Below are positions 56,513 through 64,000 of a stretch of 64,000 bases of DNA, one piece after another (position 1 is the stretch's first letter; every line of letters begins with the position of its first letter). The notes beneath the pieces are model-generated. The model did no database searches. It saw nothing but the letters and a program-made list of their open reading frames with translations, and was not told the origin of the DNA. A program made the translations under genes and the position numbers. This DNA is from Candidatus Flemingiibacterium sp. Lineage in GTDB: Bacteria > Bacillota > Clostridia > Oscillospirales > CAG-272. Where the stretch lies: positions 12,163 to 76,162 of the forward strand of contig JAZRPJ010000187.1 in NCBI GenBank assembly GCA_045649205.1, read 5' to 3'.

Positions 56513-57721
56513 ATGTCGGCAGAAAAGCTTGAAGCATTATTCTCGGGGGTGCTGTCCCGAAAGATTCTGAAGAAAGCCATATTCTCCAAGGCAGAAGCCA
56601 AGGATGTAATAAAGGAAACCGCCTCTCCCGCAAAAAAATCCGACGGCAGTCTTATTCTTGCTGTTGAAAAGTTCACAAAAGACAATAAAACCTACCGCAG
56701 AAATTTTGCCTTCTCCGGAGAAGCTCTCGCAGACACAGCAGCACTGCTTGCCGCCATGGCATCCGAGGAATACAGACAGGTAAATATTATCACAACAGCC
56801 GGTGAGGCTGAAATCAAGCGTTCAAAGTCCGGAAGTATCCATATTATTGATAAAATCGGGAAAGATGCCGTCGAAGTCGATGTCTGTCGGGAGGGCAAAA
56901 AATACATTCTCGACAGTGAAAGCGATATTGCTTTTTTGAAAGAGCTTGGCATCACCGATAAAAACGGCAGAATTCACGACAAAAAGCAGGCGAAATTCCG
57001 CCAGATCAACCGTTTTCTCGAAATTCTCCGTGATGTCACGGACAAGCTCCCATCTGACCGTCCGCCGGTCATCTATGACCTTTGCTGCGGAAAAAGTTAC
57101 CTCACCTTCGCTGTTTATTATTACTTCACCAAAATTCTCGGGCGCGATGTGGAAATCGTGGGCGTAGACTTAAAATCCGACGTGGTTGCCTACTGTGCGG
57201 ATGTGGCAAAACGGCTGAATTTCAAGAATCTCCGCTTTGTCAGCGGCAACATAAACGAGTACCGTCCCGAGAAAGCTCCCGATATGGTAATCTCGCTCCA
57301 CGCATGCGATATCGCCACAGATATCGTCCTTGGGAACGCGGTAAAGTGGGGAACGACCGTCATTCTCTCCACCCCCTGCTGTCACCATGAAATGTCAAAA
57401 CAGTTGTCCGAGCCTGCAGATGCGCCTATGCGTGAGACCTTATCATTTGTCCTCTCACAGCCAATTTTGAAGCAAAAGCTCTGCGACGTTATGACCGATG
57501 CTCTTCGTGCCAAAAGACTTGAAGCCGAAGGCTATAGTGTGACCGCCCTTGAGCTTATCGACCCGGACGAAACTCCTAAAAATGTAATGCTTCGGGCGGT
57601 CAGAAGCAGTAAGAAATCAGCCGAGGCAAAAAAACGGGCATATGATGAATACAAGGCAATGTGTTCCGCACTCGGTGTATCGCCATTCCTTGAAAAACTG
57701 TTAGGTGAAAATGAAGAATAA
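56513..57721 (+). CDS. class I SAM-dependent methyltransferase (Methyltransf_32-like)
   Basis: ...VIYDLCCGKSYLTF... and ...ISLHACDIATD... motifs. The ATG at 56513 is preceded by AAAGGA. Confidence 0.7.
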   Translation: MSAEKLEALFSGVLSRKILKKAIFSKAEAKDVIKETASPAKKSDGSLILAVEKFTKDNKTYRRNFAFSGEALADTAALLAAMASEEYRQVNIITTAGEAEIKRSKSGSIHIIDKIGKDAVEVDVCREGKKYILDSESDIAFLKELGITDKNGRIHDKKQAKFRQINRFLEILRDVTDKLPSDRPPVIYDLCCGKSYLTFAVYYYFTKILGRDVEIVGVDLKSDVVAYCADVAKRLNFKNLRFVSGNINEYRPEKAPDMVISLHACDIATDIVLGNAVKWGTTVILSTPCCHHEMSKQLSEPADAPMRETLSFVLSQPILKQKLCDVMTDALRAKRLEAEGYSVTALELIDPDETPKNVMLRAVRSSKKSAEAKKRAYDEYKAMCSALGVSPFLEKLLGENEE

Positions 57722-58529
57722 ACTTAAATTCACGCCAAGCGGCATAGTAATTGCCCTGTCCTCGGCTCTTATTTGCCTTTACTACATTATTTACCTTATT
57801 TTCTTCTTATGCGGAATCGACACGCCTCTTACATCTATTTTCGCTCTTTTTATGATAGGATGTGTGCTTCTTCCGATAATCTTTCGGAATAAGCTGAAGA
57901 AGCTTCTCAAAAAAGCCTACCGCCCGCTTAAAATAGCGTTCGCCGTTCTGCTTTTAGTGTATATTCTGTCAGTTATCGCATTTTGGTGTTACATCGGCTT
58001 TGATTCTGCCATGACGCCCGAACATTACATCAAAAATTTCGATGAGGGATATATGGGTGAGGACACCGTAGTGATGATCTTCGGATGCCATACAAACGGA
58101 ATGACTCCCGGTAAAACCTTAGCTTTAAGGCTGAATACCGCCTATGAGCTTCTGACACGGTTGCCCGAGGCTATGTGTATCGTCAGTGGCGGACAGGGAT
58201 CCAATGAAACCGTCCCCGAGGCTCTTGCCATGCGTCAATATCTCATAGATCTCGGCATTGACAGCCAGCGAATAATCATGGAATCAGAGTCACACTCCAC
58301 CAGCGAAAACATCAGATTCACTAAAGAGATGATCTTCGAAATGGGGCTTGAAGGCAAGAAGATTATCGGGATATCCACCTCATTCCACTTGCCGCGAATC
58401 TCTGCGATGTCCGATAGGTACGGGCTCCCTATGGAGGTATGCGCCGCGCCTCACGTATCCTTCGCCCATCACTATGTAAGCATGGTGCGTGAGTATCTCT
58501 CCTATATAAAAATGGCAATTTTAGGATAA
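57705..58529 (+). CDS. YdcF/DUF218 family protein with N-terminal TM segments (ElyC/SanA-like)
   Basis: ...VVMIFGC......PGKTLALRLNTAYELL......IVSGGQG..ETVPEALAMRQYL...G......ESES.ST.EN... Confidence 0.75.
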   Translation: MKMKNKLKFTPSGIVIALSSALICLYYIIYLIFFLCGIDTPLTSIFALFMIGCVLLPIIFRNKLKKLLKKAYRPLKIAFAVLLLVYILSVIAFWCYIGFDSAMTPEHYIKNFDEGYMGEDTVVMIFGCHTNGMTPGKTLALRLNTAYELLTRLPEAMCIVSGGQGSNETVPEALAMRQYLIDLGIDSQRIIMESESHSTSENIRFTKEMIFEMGLEGKKIIGISTSFHLPRISAMSDRYGLPMEVCAAPHVSFAHHYVSMVREYLSYIKMAILG

Positions 58530-58670
58530 AACACACATCTTGCTAAAAAGCAATTCCAAAAGGTTGCGCAACTGAATAAGGCTCCCCTTATGGGGGAGCT
58601 GTCGTCGTAGGCGACTGAGAGGGTAAATATATGCTAAAATCCCTCTCCGTCAGCCTCCGGCTGCCACGTT

Positions 58671-58719
58671 CTCTCCAGCAATACCGCTTTTGCGGTATTG
58701 CAAGCGGGAGAGGCTTTTT
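58671..58719 (+). terminator. compound hairpin plus T-run, a candidate terminator on the plus strand
   Basis: Outer ctctcc (58671-58676) / ggagag (58707-58712) and inner caataccgc tttt gcggtattg, followed by gcTTTTT. Confidence 0.45.
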
Positions 58720-58819
58720 AAATGCTTTGTTTTTATGTAAAATGACGGAATCTATTTTGACAAACCACTTTTTCGGCAAACACAGGTCTGCAGCAATGGC
58801 TGCATCCCCGATCTTATAT

Positions 58820-59737
58820 TCAACCTATTTTCCGCACTTCAATCTTAGCGGCGATTTCGGCTATGTCCTCTGGAAGCGGAGGATTGGTTCCCTCTCGCAT
58901 GCAAGCGGCAGAGCCGTAGGCAATTCCCATCCTTAACCGTTCATCGGCAGTCTTCCCGTCAGCGGCAATAAATCCGGCAATCAGCGAATCTCCCGCACCG
59001 ATGGTGGAGCGCACCTCAACCTTAGGCGGATGCGCCTCAAATACGCCCTCATTGCAGGCAAGAATAGCGCCTTTGGCGCCAAGGCTGATAATGGCATTTT
59101 CAATACCGTCGGCGTGAAGTGACCTTGCGGCGCTTATAATGCCCTCTCCATCAAGCTCGCCCATATATGCGGCAATTTCTTCATCGTTGGGCTTTATAAG
59201 CCATGGCTTCAGCCGGCGGAGCGCTTCGAGGGAAATCGACTTTGAGTCGATGACCAGTTTCACTCCGTCATTTTTTAATCTGGCAAGAAAGTCCTCGGCT
59301 TCGTCGGAAGATATTCCGGAAGGCAAGCTTCCCGTGAAGGTCACCGTATCACCGGCTTTCGGTGCAATAAGCGTGTACACCTCGTCGAGAATACCGGAGG
59401 CTACCGAAAAGCCCCTGAAGCTGATACGCGTTTCTTTGCCTACTCTCGGATGAACGGTAATATTTTCGCGGATTCTGCCCTTTACCGCCATAATGATAGG
59501 CTCATTTATCCCCTCCGATGCCATGTCACGGGTAAACTCTGCGGCGTTATCTTCGCCAAGAATCAAAAGAGGGGTATTTGCAACTCCGTTTTGGAGGAGC
59601 GCTCTTGTTATATTGATCCCCTTTCCGCCCACAGAGCGGATGCAGGATTCCACTGTGTTTTCCTTCTCCGCAAAGAACTCCGAAATTTCGCAGTGCATAT
59701 CATAAGCAGGATTCAAAGTAAGTGTGATTATTCTCAT
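58820..59737 (-). CDS. PfkB-family hexose kinase (1-phosphofructokinase/tagatose-6-phosphate kinase type)
   Basis: MRIITLTLNPAYD..........N.......GGKGINI...L and a C-terminal ...GAGDS..AG... motif. Size is 305 aa. Confidence 0.8.
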   Translation of the reverse strand: MRIITLTLNPAYDMHCEISEFFAEKENTVESCIRSVGGKGINITRALLQNGVANTPLLILGEDNAAEFTRDMASEGINEPIIMAVKGRIRENITVHPRVGKETRISFRGFSVASGILDEVYTLIAPKAGDTVTFTGSLPSGISSDEAEDFLARLKNDGVKLVIDSKSISLEALRRLKPWLIKPNDEEIAAYMGELDGEGIISAARSLHADGIENAIISLGAKGAILACNEGVFEAHPPKVEVRSTIGAGDSLIAGFIAADGKTADERLRMGIAYGSAACMREGTNPPLPEDIAEIAAKIEVRKIG

Positions 59738-60663
59738 ATTTTCTCCTTATACTCCGGAACAATTTTTAAAAGGCAAACCTCGGGACGGTTAAAAATACGA
59801 ACCATCCGCTTTTTTGAAAGTCCTCGAGATACAATGTGAAGCCCATTTTTAAGGTTGTATGCACCGCCGGCGTGATTGGGAAAAACCCCCTGATGAGGCG
59901 CATAAACTCCGTTTATAAACGGCGGAAGTCGCCATTGACCGCCGTGTGCTTGGCCGGAGAAAACAACATCAAAGCCGATTTTCTCATAAAGCCCATACTC
60001 CTCGGGGCGGTGGGAGAGAAGTACGGTCAGTGATTTTTCTTTGCTTATACCGTCTGCGGCAGCCTCAATCTTCCGCCGCCAATTCTGGATTTTTTCGTTT
60101 CCGGTATCCTTATCTTCGGCAAAGAGCTGACTGATTTTTCTCTCGCGCCGATTTATGGCATCATAGGTGAAATATGGATCAGCCGCGCCGCAGATGAGCA
60201 TTTCACCGTGATTTACAGTGACGATCCCCTCTCCCTTTACCGGATGGAGCAATTTGATCCCGATTTTGTCAAGCTCCGCGAAAAGCCCGTCGATACCATC
60301 AATAAACCGCTCATGATTACCGAGCACCGCATAACACGGGGCAATTTTCACAGCACCTTCAAAAAAGTGACGGGCAGGATTCGCATCGGAGAGTATCCCT
60401 TGGCATTTTCCTCTGTCCTCCACCATATCTCCGGTAATCACAATAATATCGGGAGAAACGGAACGGATCAAGGATATAAGTTTTTCCTCTTTGTTTCCAA
60501 AACGTGATTCGTGAAGGTCGCTGACATGGACAATTGAAATCTCCTCCGAAACCTTTGCGGATCTAAAGAAATACCGCCGCAGCTTCAGTTTACTTGAGGT
60601 TGCCGTCAGCAAAAGAACAAGTACGGCGGTGATAACTGCACCGCCTACTACATATGGTATCAT
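59734..60663 (-). CDS. membrane-anchored metallophosphoesterase (calcineurin-like)
   Basis: An N-terminal TM segment, then VHVSDLHE, ITGDMVED, LGNHE and GQAHGGQ motifs. Confidence 0.8.
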   Translation of the reverse strand: MIPYVVGGAVITAVLVLLLTATSSKLKLRRYFFRSAKVSEEISIVHVSDLHESRFGNKEEKLISLIRSVSPDIIVITGDMVEDRGKCQGILSDANPARHFFEGAVKIAPCYAVLGNHERFIDGIDGLFAELDKIGIKLLHPVKGEGIVTVNHGEMLICGAADPYFTYDAINRRERKISQLFAEDKDTGNEKIQNWRRKIEAAADGISKEKSLTVLLSHRPEEYGLYEKIGFDVVFSGQAHGGQWRLPPFINGVYAPHQGVFPNHAGGAYNLKNGLHIVSRGLSKKRMVRIFNRPEVCLLKIVPEYKEKI

Positions 60664-60674
60664 AAATCGATCCT

Positions 60675-61550
60675 TTATTTTTCAAGAATGATCAGCTGAA
60701 GTTCGGAAATTTCAACTCCCGACGGCAAATATACCCGCCAAGGCGCATTTCCGACAATTTCACCTTTAAGAAGCTGTGCGGCAAGAGCAACACAGTTTTC
60801 GGTTACAGTATAGGATTCGCACTTTAGTCCTGCAAATTCCACTTCGGATTCTTCATTTTCGGAAATAATTCCTGCAAAAGAATCGGCATATCCCACCACA
60901 ATGCCTACATTATCGTCAACCGAGCTTACGGCATCATCATAAACTTTTTCAATTTGAGAGCCGCTTTCACCCATGGAAATTTTTATGGAATTATTATCGG
61001 CATCACCGTCTATAGTGGCAGAACCGTATGTTGTGATTTCCAATATCTTCGACGGAAGCCCGGAAGCGTCAGCTTCCTTGACCGAGTGGGCATATGCATC
61101 GGTCAGCCTTACCGCCGCAGTACTCAGTGCGGGAATGGATGAGGTATAAACGGTATTTCCTTCGTTTGTTTTCGGCTCGCCGTCAACGGCAATATCAGAG
61201 AACAGCATACTGCGGAAGCCGACGGCAAGCATTATTACAGCGCAGGCGGCAATAGCCAATGCCGATACAGTCCGTGATGAGGGAATAAATCTCCACCCCG
61301 CTTTTTCCTGCGGAATATTACCGATTTTCGCCATCACACTGTTCTTAAGTCCCTTAGGTGGATCAACTGCTGTAAGCTTGACCGTATCAAGTATATTTTT
61401 CCGCTCATCAAGCTCTTTTTTGCAGTCTTCACATGACGAAATGTGATACTCCAGCGACGATGCCTCTGTCTTCGATGCCACACCGTCCAGGTAGTCAAAC
61501 ATAATCTCTTTAGCCGATTCACAGTTGATCGGCTTTTTGGTGGTTTTCAT
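60675..61550 (-). CDS. anti-sigma factor with zf-HC2 domain, single-pass membrane protein
   Basis: ...C.SAKEIMFDYLDG...........H...C..C..E.. (H-x3-C-x2-C), a central TM segment, and adjacency to the sigma gene. The start is uncertain (61550, 61568 or 61580). Confidence 0.7.
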   Translation of the reverse strand: MKTTKKPINCESAKEIMFDYLDGVASKTEASSLEYHISSCEDCKKELDERKNILDTVKLTAVDPPKGLKNSVMAKIGNIPQEKAGWRFIPSSRTVSALAIAACAVIMLAVGFRSMLFSDIAVDGEPKTNEGNTVYTSSIPALSTAAVRLTDAYAHSVKEADASGLPSKILEITTYGSATIDGDADNNSIKISMGESGSQIEKVYDDAVSSVDDNVGIVVGYADSFAGIISENEESEVEFAGLKCESYTVTENCVALAAQLLKGEIVGNAPWRVYLPSGVEISELQLIILEK

Positions 61551-61644
61551 GTATATTTTTCCTTTCATTTTAAAGGGCATATTTGCTCACATATATTTAG
61601 ACGGGAGATGCTGTGATTTTGTTCCCGATTTTTTAAATTTTATT

Positions 61645-62247
61645 TTATATAAGCTTGTCCGCACCCCGTTCAAGAAGAATTTCACGTAAATTTCCCCTCG
61701 CTCGGTTAAGTCTTGATTTGACTGTACCGATTTCAAGCCGCAGCATTTCGGAGATCTCATCGTATGAATATCCCTCAATATCACGTAGAATTATTATCTC
61801 ACGCTGTTCCGAAGAAAGAAGCTCAATAGCTTCACGCACAGCGGCTATCTGCTCATTCTTTTCCGCATACTTTTCAGGTGCAGCCGCATTTTCATCGGCG
61901 ATCTCCACTGCAGTTTCATCCCCGTCGCCGTCTGTAAAGACAGGCACTATGTCAGAAGCATTATTCTTCTCCTTCCGGAGAAAATCAAGGGATGCGTTTA
62001 CGGCGATTTTATACACCCATGTGGAAAAACGGCAGTCACCTCTGTATTTTCCAATATATCGCCACAGCTTGATAAAGACCTCCTGGGACACGTCAAGTGC
62101 ATCGCTTGCGCCGCCAAGCTTAAGACAGACTGTAGTGTAAACAAGGCGCTCATATTTCGAAATAAGCTCGCCGAAAGCCGTTCTGTCACCGTTTTTGCAG
62201 GCATCGATAAGCGCATCCTCCTCGGGAGTATTGAATTGTCCTCTCAC
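61645..62247 (-). CDS. sigma-70 family (ECF-type) RNA polymerase sigma factor
   Basis: Region 2 ...AFGELISKYERLVY....DVSQEVFIKLWR. Region 4 ...REIIILRDIEGYSYDEISEMLRLEIGTVKSRLNRAR. The GTG at 62247 follows AAAGGAGGTGA. Confidence 0.85.
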   Translation of the reverse strand: MRGQFNTPEEDALIDACKNGDRTAFGELISKYERLVYTTVCLKLGGASDALDVSQEVFIKLWRYIGKYRGDCRFSTWVYKIAVNASLDFLRKEKNNASDIVPVFTDGDGDETAVEIADENAAAPEKYAEKNEQIAAVREAIELLSSEQREIIILRDIEGYSYDEISEMLRLEIGTVKSRLNRARGNLREILLERGADKLI

Positions 62248-62287
62248 AGTGAAAATCACCTCCTTTCGGCTGGTTACAGTAAAGTTA

Positions 62288-63262
62288 TCAGATACATCCG
62301 TTGAGTATCTCAGCCATTTCGTCGCGCGTAACGGCAGAGTTAAGTGCCGCTCTTGCCGAGGCAGAGCCTCTTATTCCCTTAAGATACCATGACAGCTGTC
62401 CTCGGCATTGAAGCACCCCAAGCTTCTCTCCCTTGTGAGCAACCGTCATATCAAGCTGCCGCATAGCGGTTTTTATCCGCTCCTCATCAGTGGGCGGTAC
62501 GTACTCACCGCCGTATAACTGCGTTCGGAGTGCCGAGAAGATCCACGGATTGCCCATAGCTCCGCGACCGCACATAACGCCGTCACATCCCGTCCGCTCG
62601 AACATCCGACGGCTATCGTCGGCAGTAAAAATTTCGCCGTTGCCTATCATCGGTATTTTAATGGCAGCTTTGATTGCAGCCATTTCGGCAAAGTTGATCG
62701 GCGCGGAGAAACGCCCTTCTCTCGTCCGTCCGTGGACTGTAATAAGATCCGCTCCCGCTGCCTCCATCCGCTTTGCGAAATCAACGCCGCAGATGTTTGC
62801 CTCATCCCAGCCGATACGCATCTTCACCGTTACCGGAATCTCCGGGTTCACCGACTCCACCGCCCTTTTCACTTTACGGACGATCTCCTCGGCAATATGG
62901 GGAGTCTTCAAAAGCGCAGAGCCTTCTCCGTTAGAAATGATCTTAGGCGCAGGACATCCCATGTTTATGTCAATGGCAAGGGGCAGCTTCTTCGAGCGAC
63001 AATGGGCGTATTCGCAAGCGGCAAGCTTTGCCGCCGATTCAGCCATTATGTCCGGCTCTTTTCCGAATATCTGCACCGCCGTCTGTTCTTCGTCGAAAAT
63101 CTCGCCGAGGACTGCGGTCTTTTTATCTTCAAAATGAATTGCCTTGGCGGAAAGCATCTCTGTATAAGTAATCTCCGCCCCGTATTCTCTGCAAATACTG
63201 CGAAAAGCATAATCCGTCACCCCTGCCATTGGGGCAAGGAACAGCTTTGGAAATTTCGTCAT
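62288..63262 (-). CDS. dusB: tRNA-dihydrouridine synthase
   Basis: ...LAPMAGVTDYAFR....YGA..TYTEM.SAKA...., DINMGCPAPKI, HGRTRE. Size is 324 aa. Confidence 0.9.
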   Translation of the reverse strand: MTKFPKLFLAPMAGVTDYAFRSICREYGAEITYTEMLSAKAIHFEDKKTAVLGEIFDEEQTAVQIFGKEPDIMAESAAKLAACEYAHCRSKKLPLAIDINMGCPAPKIISNGEGSALLKTPHIAEEIVRKVKRAVESVNPEIPVTVKMRIGWDEANICGVDFAKRMEAAGADLITVHGRTREGRFSAPINFAEMAAIKAAIKIPMIGNGEIFTADDSRRMFERTGCDGVMCGRGAMGNPWIFSALRTQLYGGEYVPPTDEERIKTAMRQLDMTVAHKGEKLGVLQCRGQLSWYLKGIRGSASARAALNSAVTRDEMAEILNGCI

Positions 63263-63342
63263 ATTCTATCCTTAAATCTCAAAAAACGCTCTTATAATTC
63301 TACAGTAAAATTATGAACGCTGAGTGAACGTTTATTGTATCA

Positions 63343-64000
63343 TCAATTAATCTTTATTATCTGTGAAAAGCCTACCTTGCCGTCCCTATCACGAATCTCC
63401 GCACGAACGAAGGTGTGCCTCGGTTTGATTTTGAATCTCGCCTCGTAAAGCGGCTCACCGTCCGCCACCGTACTTCTGTCGTTCTCCCAGAGCAGATTGG
63501 TAAAGAAGGTTACAATTTCCGCTCCGGTTTCACATTCTACCACAATTTCGTCGCCTTCCCGGCGGAAGTCGAAGATCGGTCCTTGAGTGGCAATAAAGTG
63601 TCCCTCTTTTATGGCGGCAATCAACCGCTCGGCGGTTGCCTCCTCCTTGCCGAGGTTTACGAGAATGTACGCTTTTCCCATCTCACCTTGGTGGAAATGG
63701 GTATCATCATCGGCAACAAGTGGGAGAATATACCCTCTCGCTGCAAGCTCATCAACTACGATTCCCGAATAAGGACGGCAGTTGAAGGGCAGGTCTGATA
63801 CAGAATTGTATATTTCCGTTGCGGTGAATCCATGATACTGCATGATCATATCGTGCGTATTCATTGACCATGCCGGATGAGCAAGGATCGCCCCGCCTCC
63901 ATGAGAATTAATTTTATCAATGGCGGTCTGCACGTCATCATCCCGTGTAACACCAGGGTCCTTCTTCATACCGAAGCCCACGATATGGAAGACTCCGCTT
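63343..64000 (-). CDS. PHP-domain (polymerase/histidinol-phosphatase-like) protein, 5' end outside window
   Basis: ...GGGAILAHPAW... and ...VADDDTHFH... metal-ligand-like motifs. The reading frame stays open upstream of the track ATG (…HIVGFGMKK) to the window edge. Confidence 0.55.
   Translation of the reverse strand, partial: SGVFHIVGFGMKKDPGVTRDDDVQTAIDKINSHGGGAILAHPAWSMNTHDMIMQYHGFTATEIYNSVSDLPFNCRPYSGIVVDELAARGYILPLVADDDTHFHQGEMGKAYILVNLGKEEATAERLIAAIKEGHFIATQGPIFDFRREGDEIVVECETGAEIVTFFTNLLWENDRSTVADGEPLYEARFKIKPRHTFVRAEIRDRDGKVGFSQIIKIN

Noticed and set aside
58588-58936. ORFs 58588-58779 (minus strand) and 58631-58936 (plus strand)
   Set aside because: They run through stacked hairpins or antisense into pfkB, and have no RBS.
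1-64000. Prophage, transposon, integrase, CRISPR-Cas, or a known defence or toxin-antitoxin system
   Set aside because: I found no recombinase or transposase-like ORF, no spacer-repeat array and no recognisable defence-gene signature in any frame. The only mobile-element hints are the short tRNA-derived duplications.

Overview
The window looks like a chromosomal segment of a spore-forming Firmicute of class Clostridia, and about 80% of the genes are on the minus strand. All calls below come from reading the sequence and the ORF translations. No BLAST, HMM, tRNAscan or Rfam search was possible.

Gene content, from start to end:
- **1-5.4 kb:** a partial Dus gene (my own translation, absent from the ORF track), a 56-aa 2x[4Fe-4S] ferredoxin (also missed by the track), a YabB-like methyltransferase, rsmI, a secreted protein with three discoidin domains, and yabO/rqcP.
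- **5.4-11.6 kb:** an M18 aminopeptidase, a GH127-like glycosidase, gap, a cyclophilin lipoprotein and an LCP protein.
- **11.8-17.7 kb:** an Opp/Dpp-type ABC operon in the order BCDFA.
- **17.8-20.3 kb:** ybaK, two hypothetical genes, a tRNA-Thr/tRNA-Tyr operon and rpsT.
- **20.4-26.7 kb:** a YesL-like protein, a SpoVB/MurJ-like flippase, hup, ypeB, a ytvI-like protein and a CPBP protease.
- **26.8-30.0 kb:** an accessory-looking trio. It comprises a signal-peptide protein with a (Glu-Thr)41 array, an overlapping HPr-kinase-like P-loop protein, and a NodB-like lipoprotein.
- **30.3-30.6 kb:** tRNA-Arg(CCG) preceded by a truncated tRNA copy.
- **30.7-46.7 kb:** the complete S10-spc-alpha ribosomal cluster, rpsJ through rplQ, including secY, adk, map, infA, rpmJ and rpoA.
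- **48.0-52.8 kb:** spoIIIAA through spoIIIAH.
- **52.9-54.5 kb:** yajC, a TIGR04086-like membrane protein and a gutted SCIFF-maturase-like ORF.
- **54.6-64.0 kb:** a MeTr/AcsE-like pterin methyltransferase, a second CPBP protease, a methyltransferase, a YdcF-like protein, and a pfkB / metallophosphoesterase / anti-sigma / ECF-sigma / dusB string. The window ends in a partial PHP-domain gene.

The observations most worth a second look:
1. The SCIFF maturase remnant, which has no precursor gene beside it.
2. The (ET)41 protein and the kinase-like protein, whose reading frames overlap.
3. A GC-rich, tRNA-sized structured element that repeats 12 nt of the tRNA-Tyr 3' end.
4. A promoter-proximal tRNA-Arg 5' fragment that acts as a leader for the intact tRNA-Arg.
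5. Unusually long, structured spacers inside the S10/spc operon.
6. A 290-nt multi-hairpin region between convergent genes.

I did not see a convincing defence system, CRISPR array, transposase or prophage.
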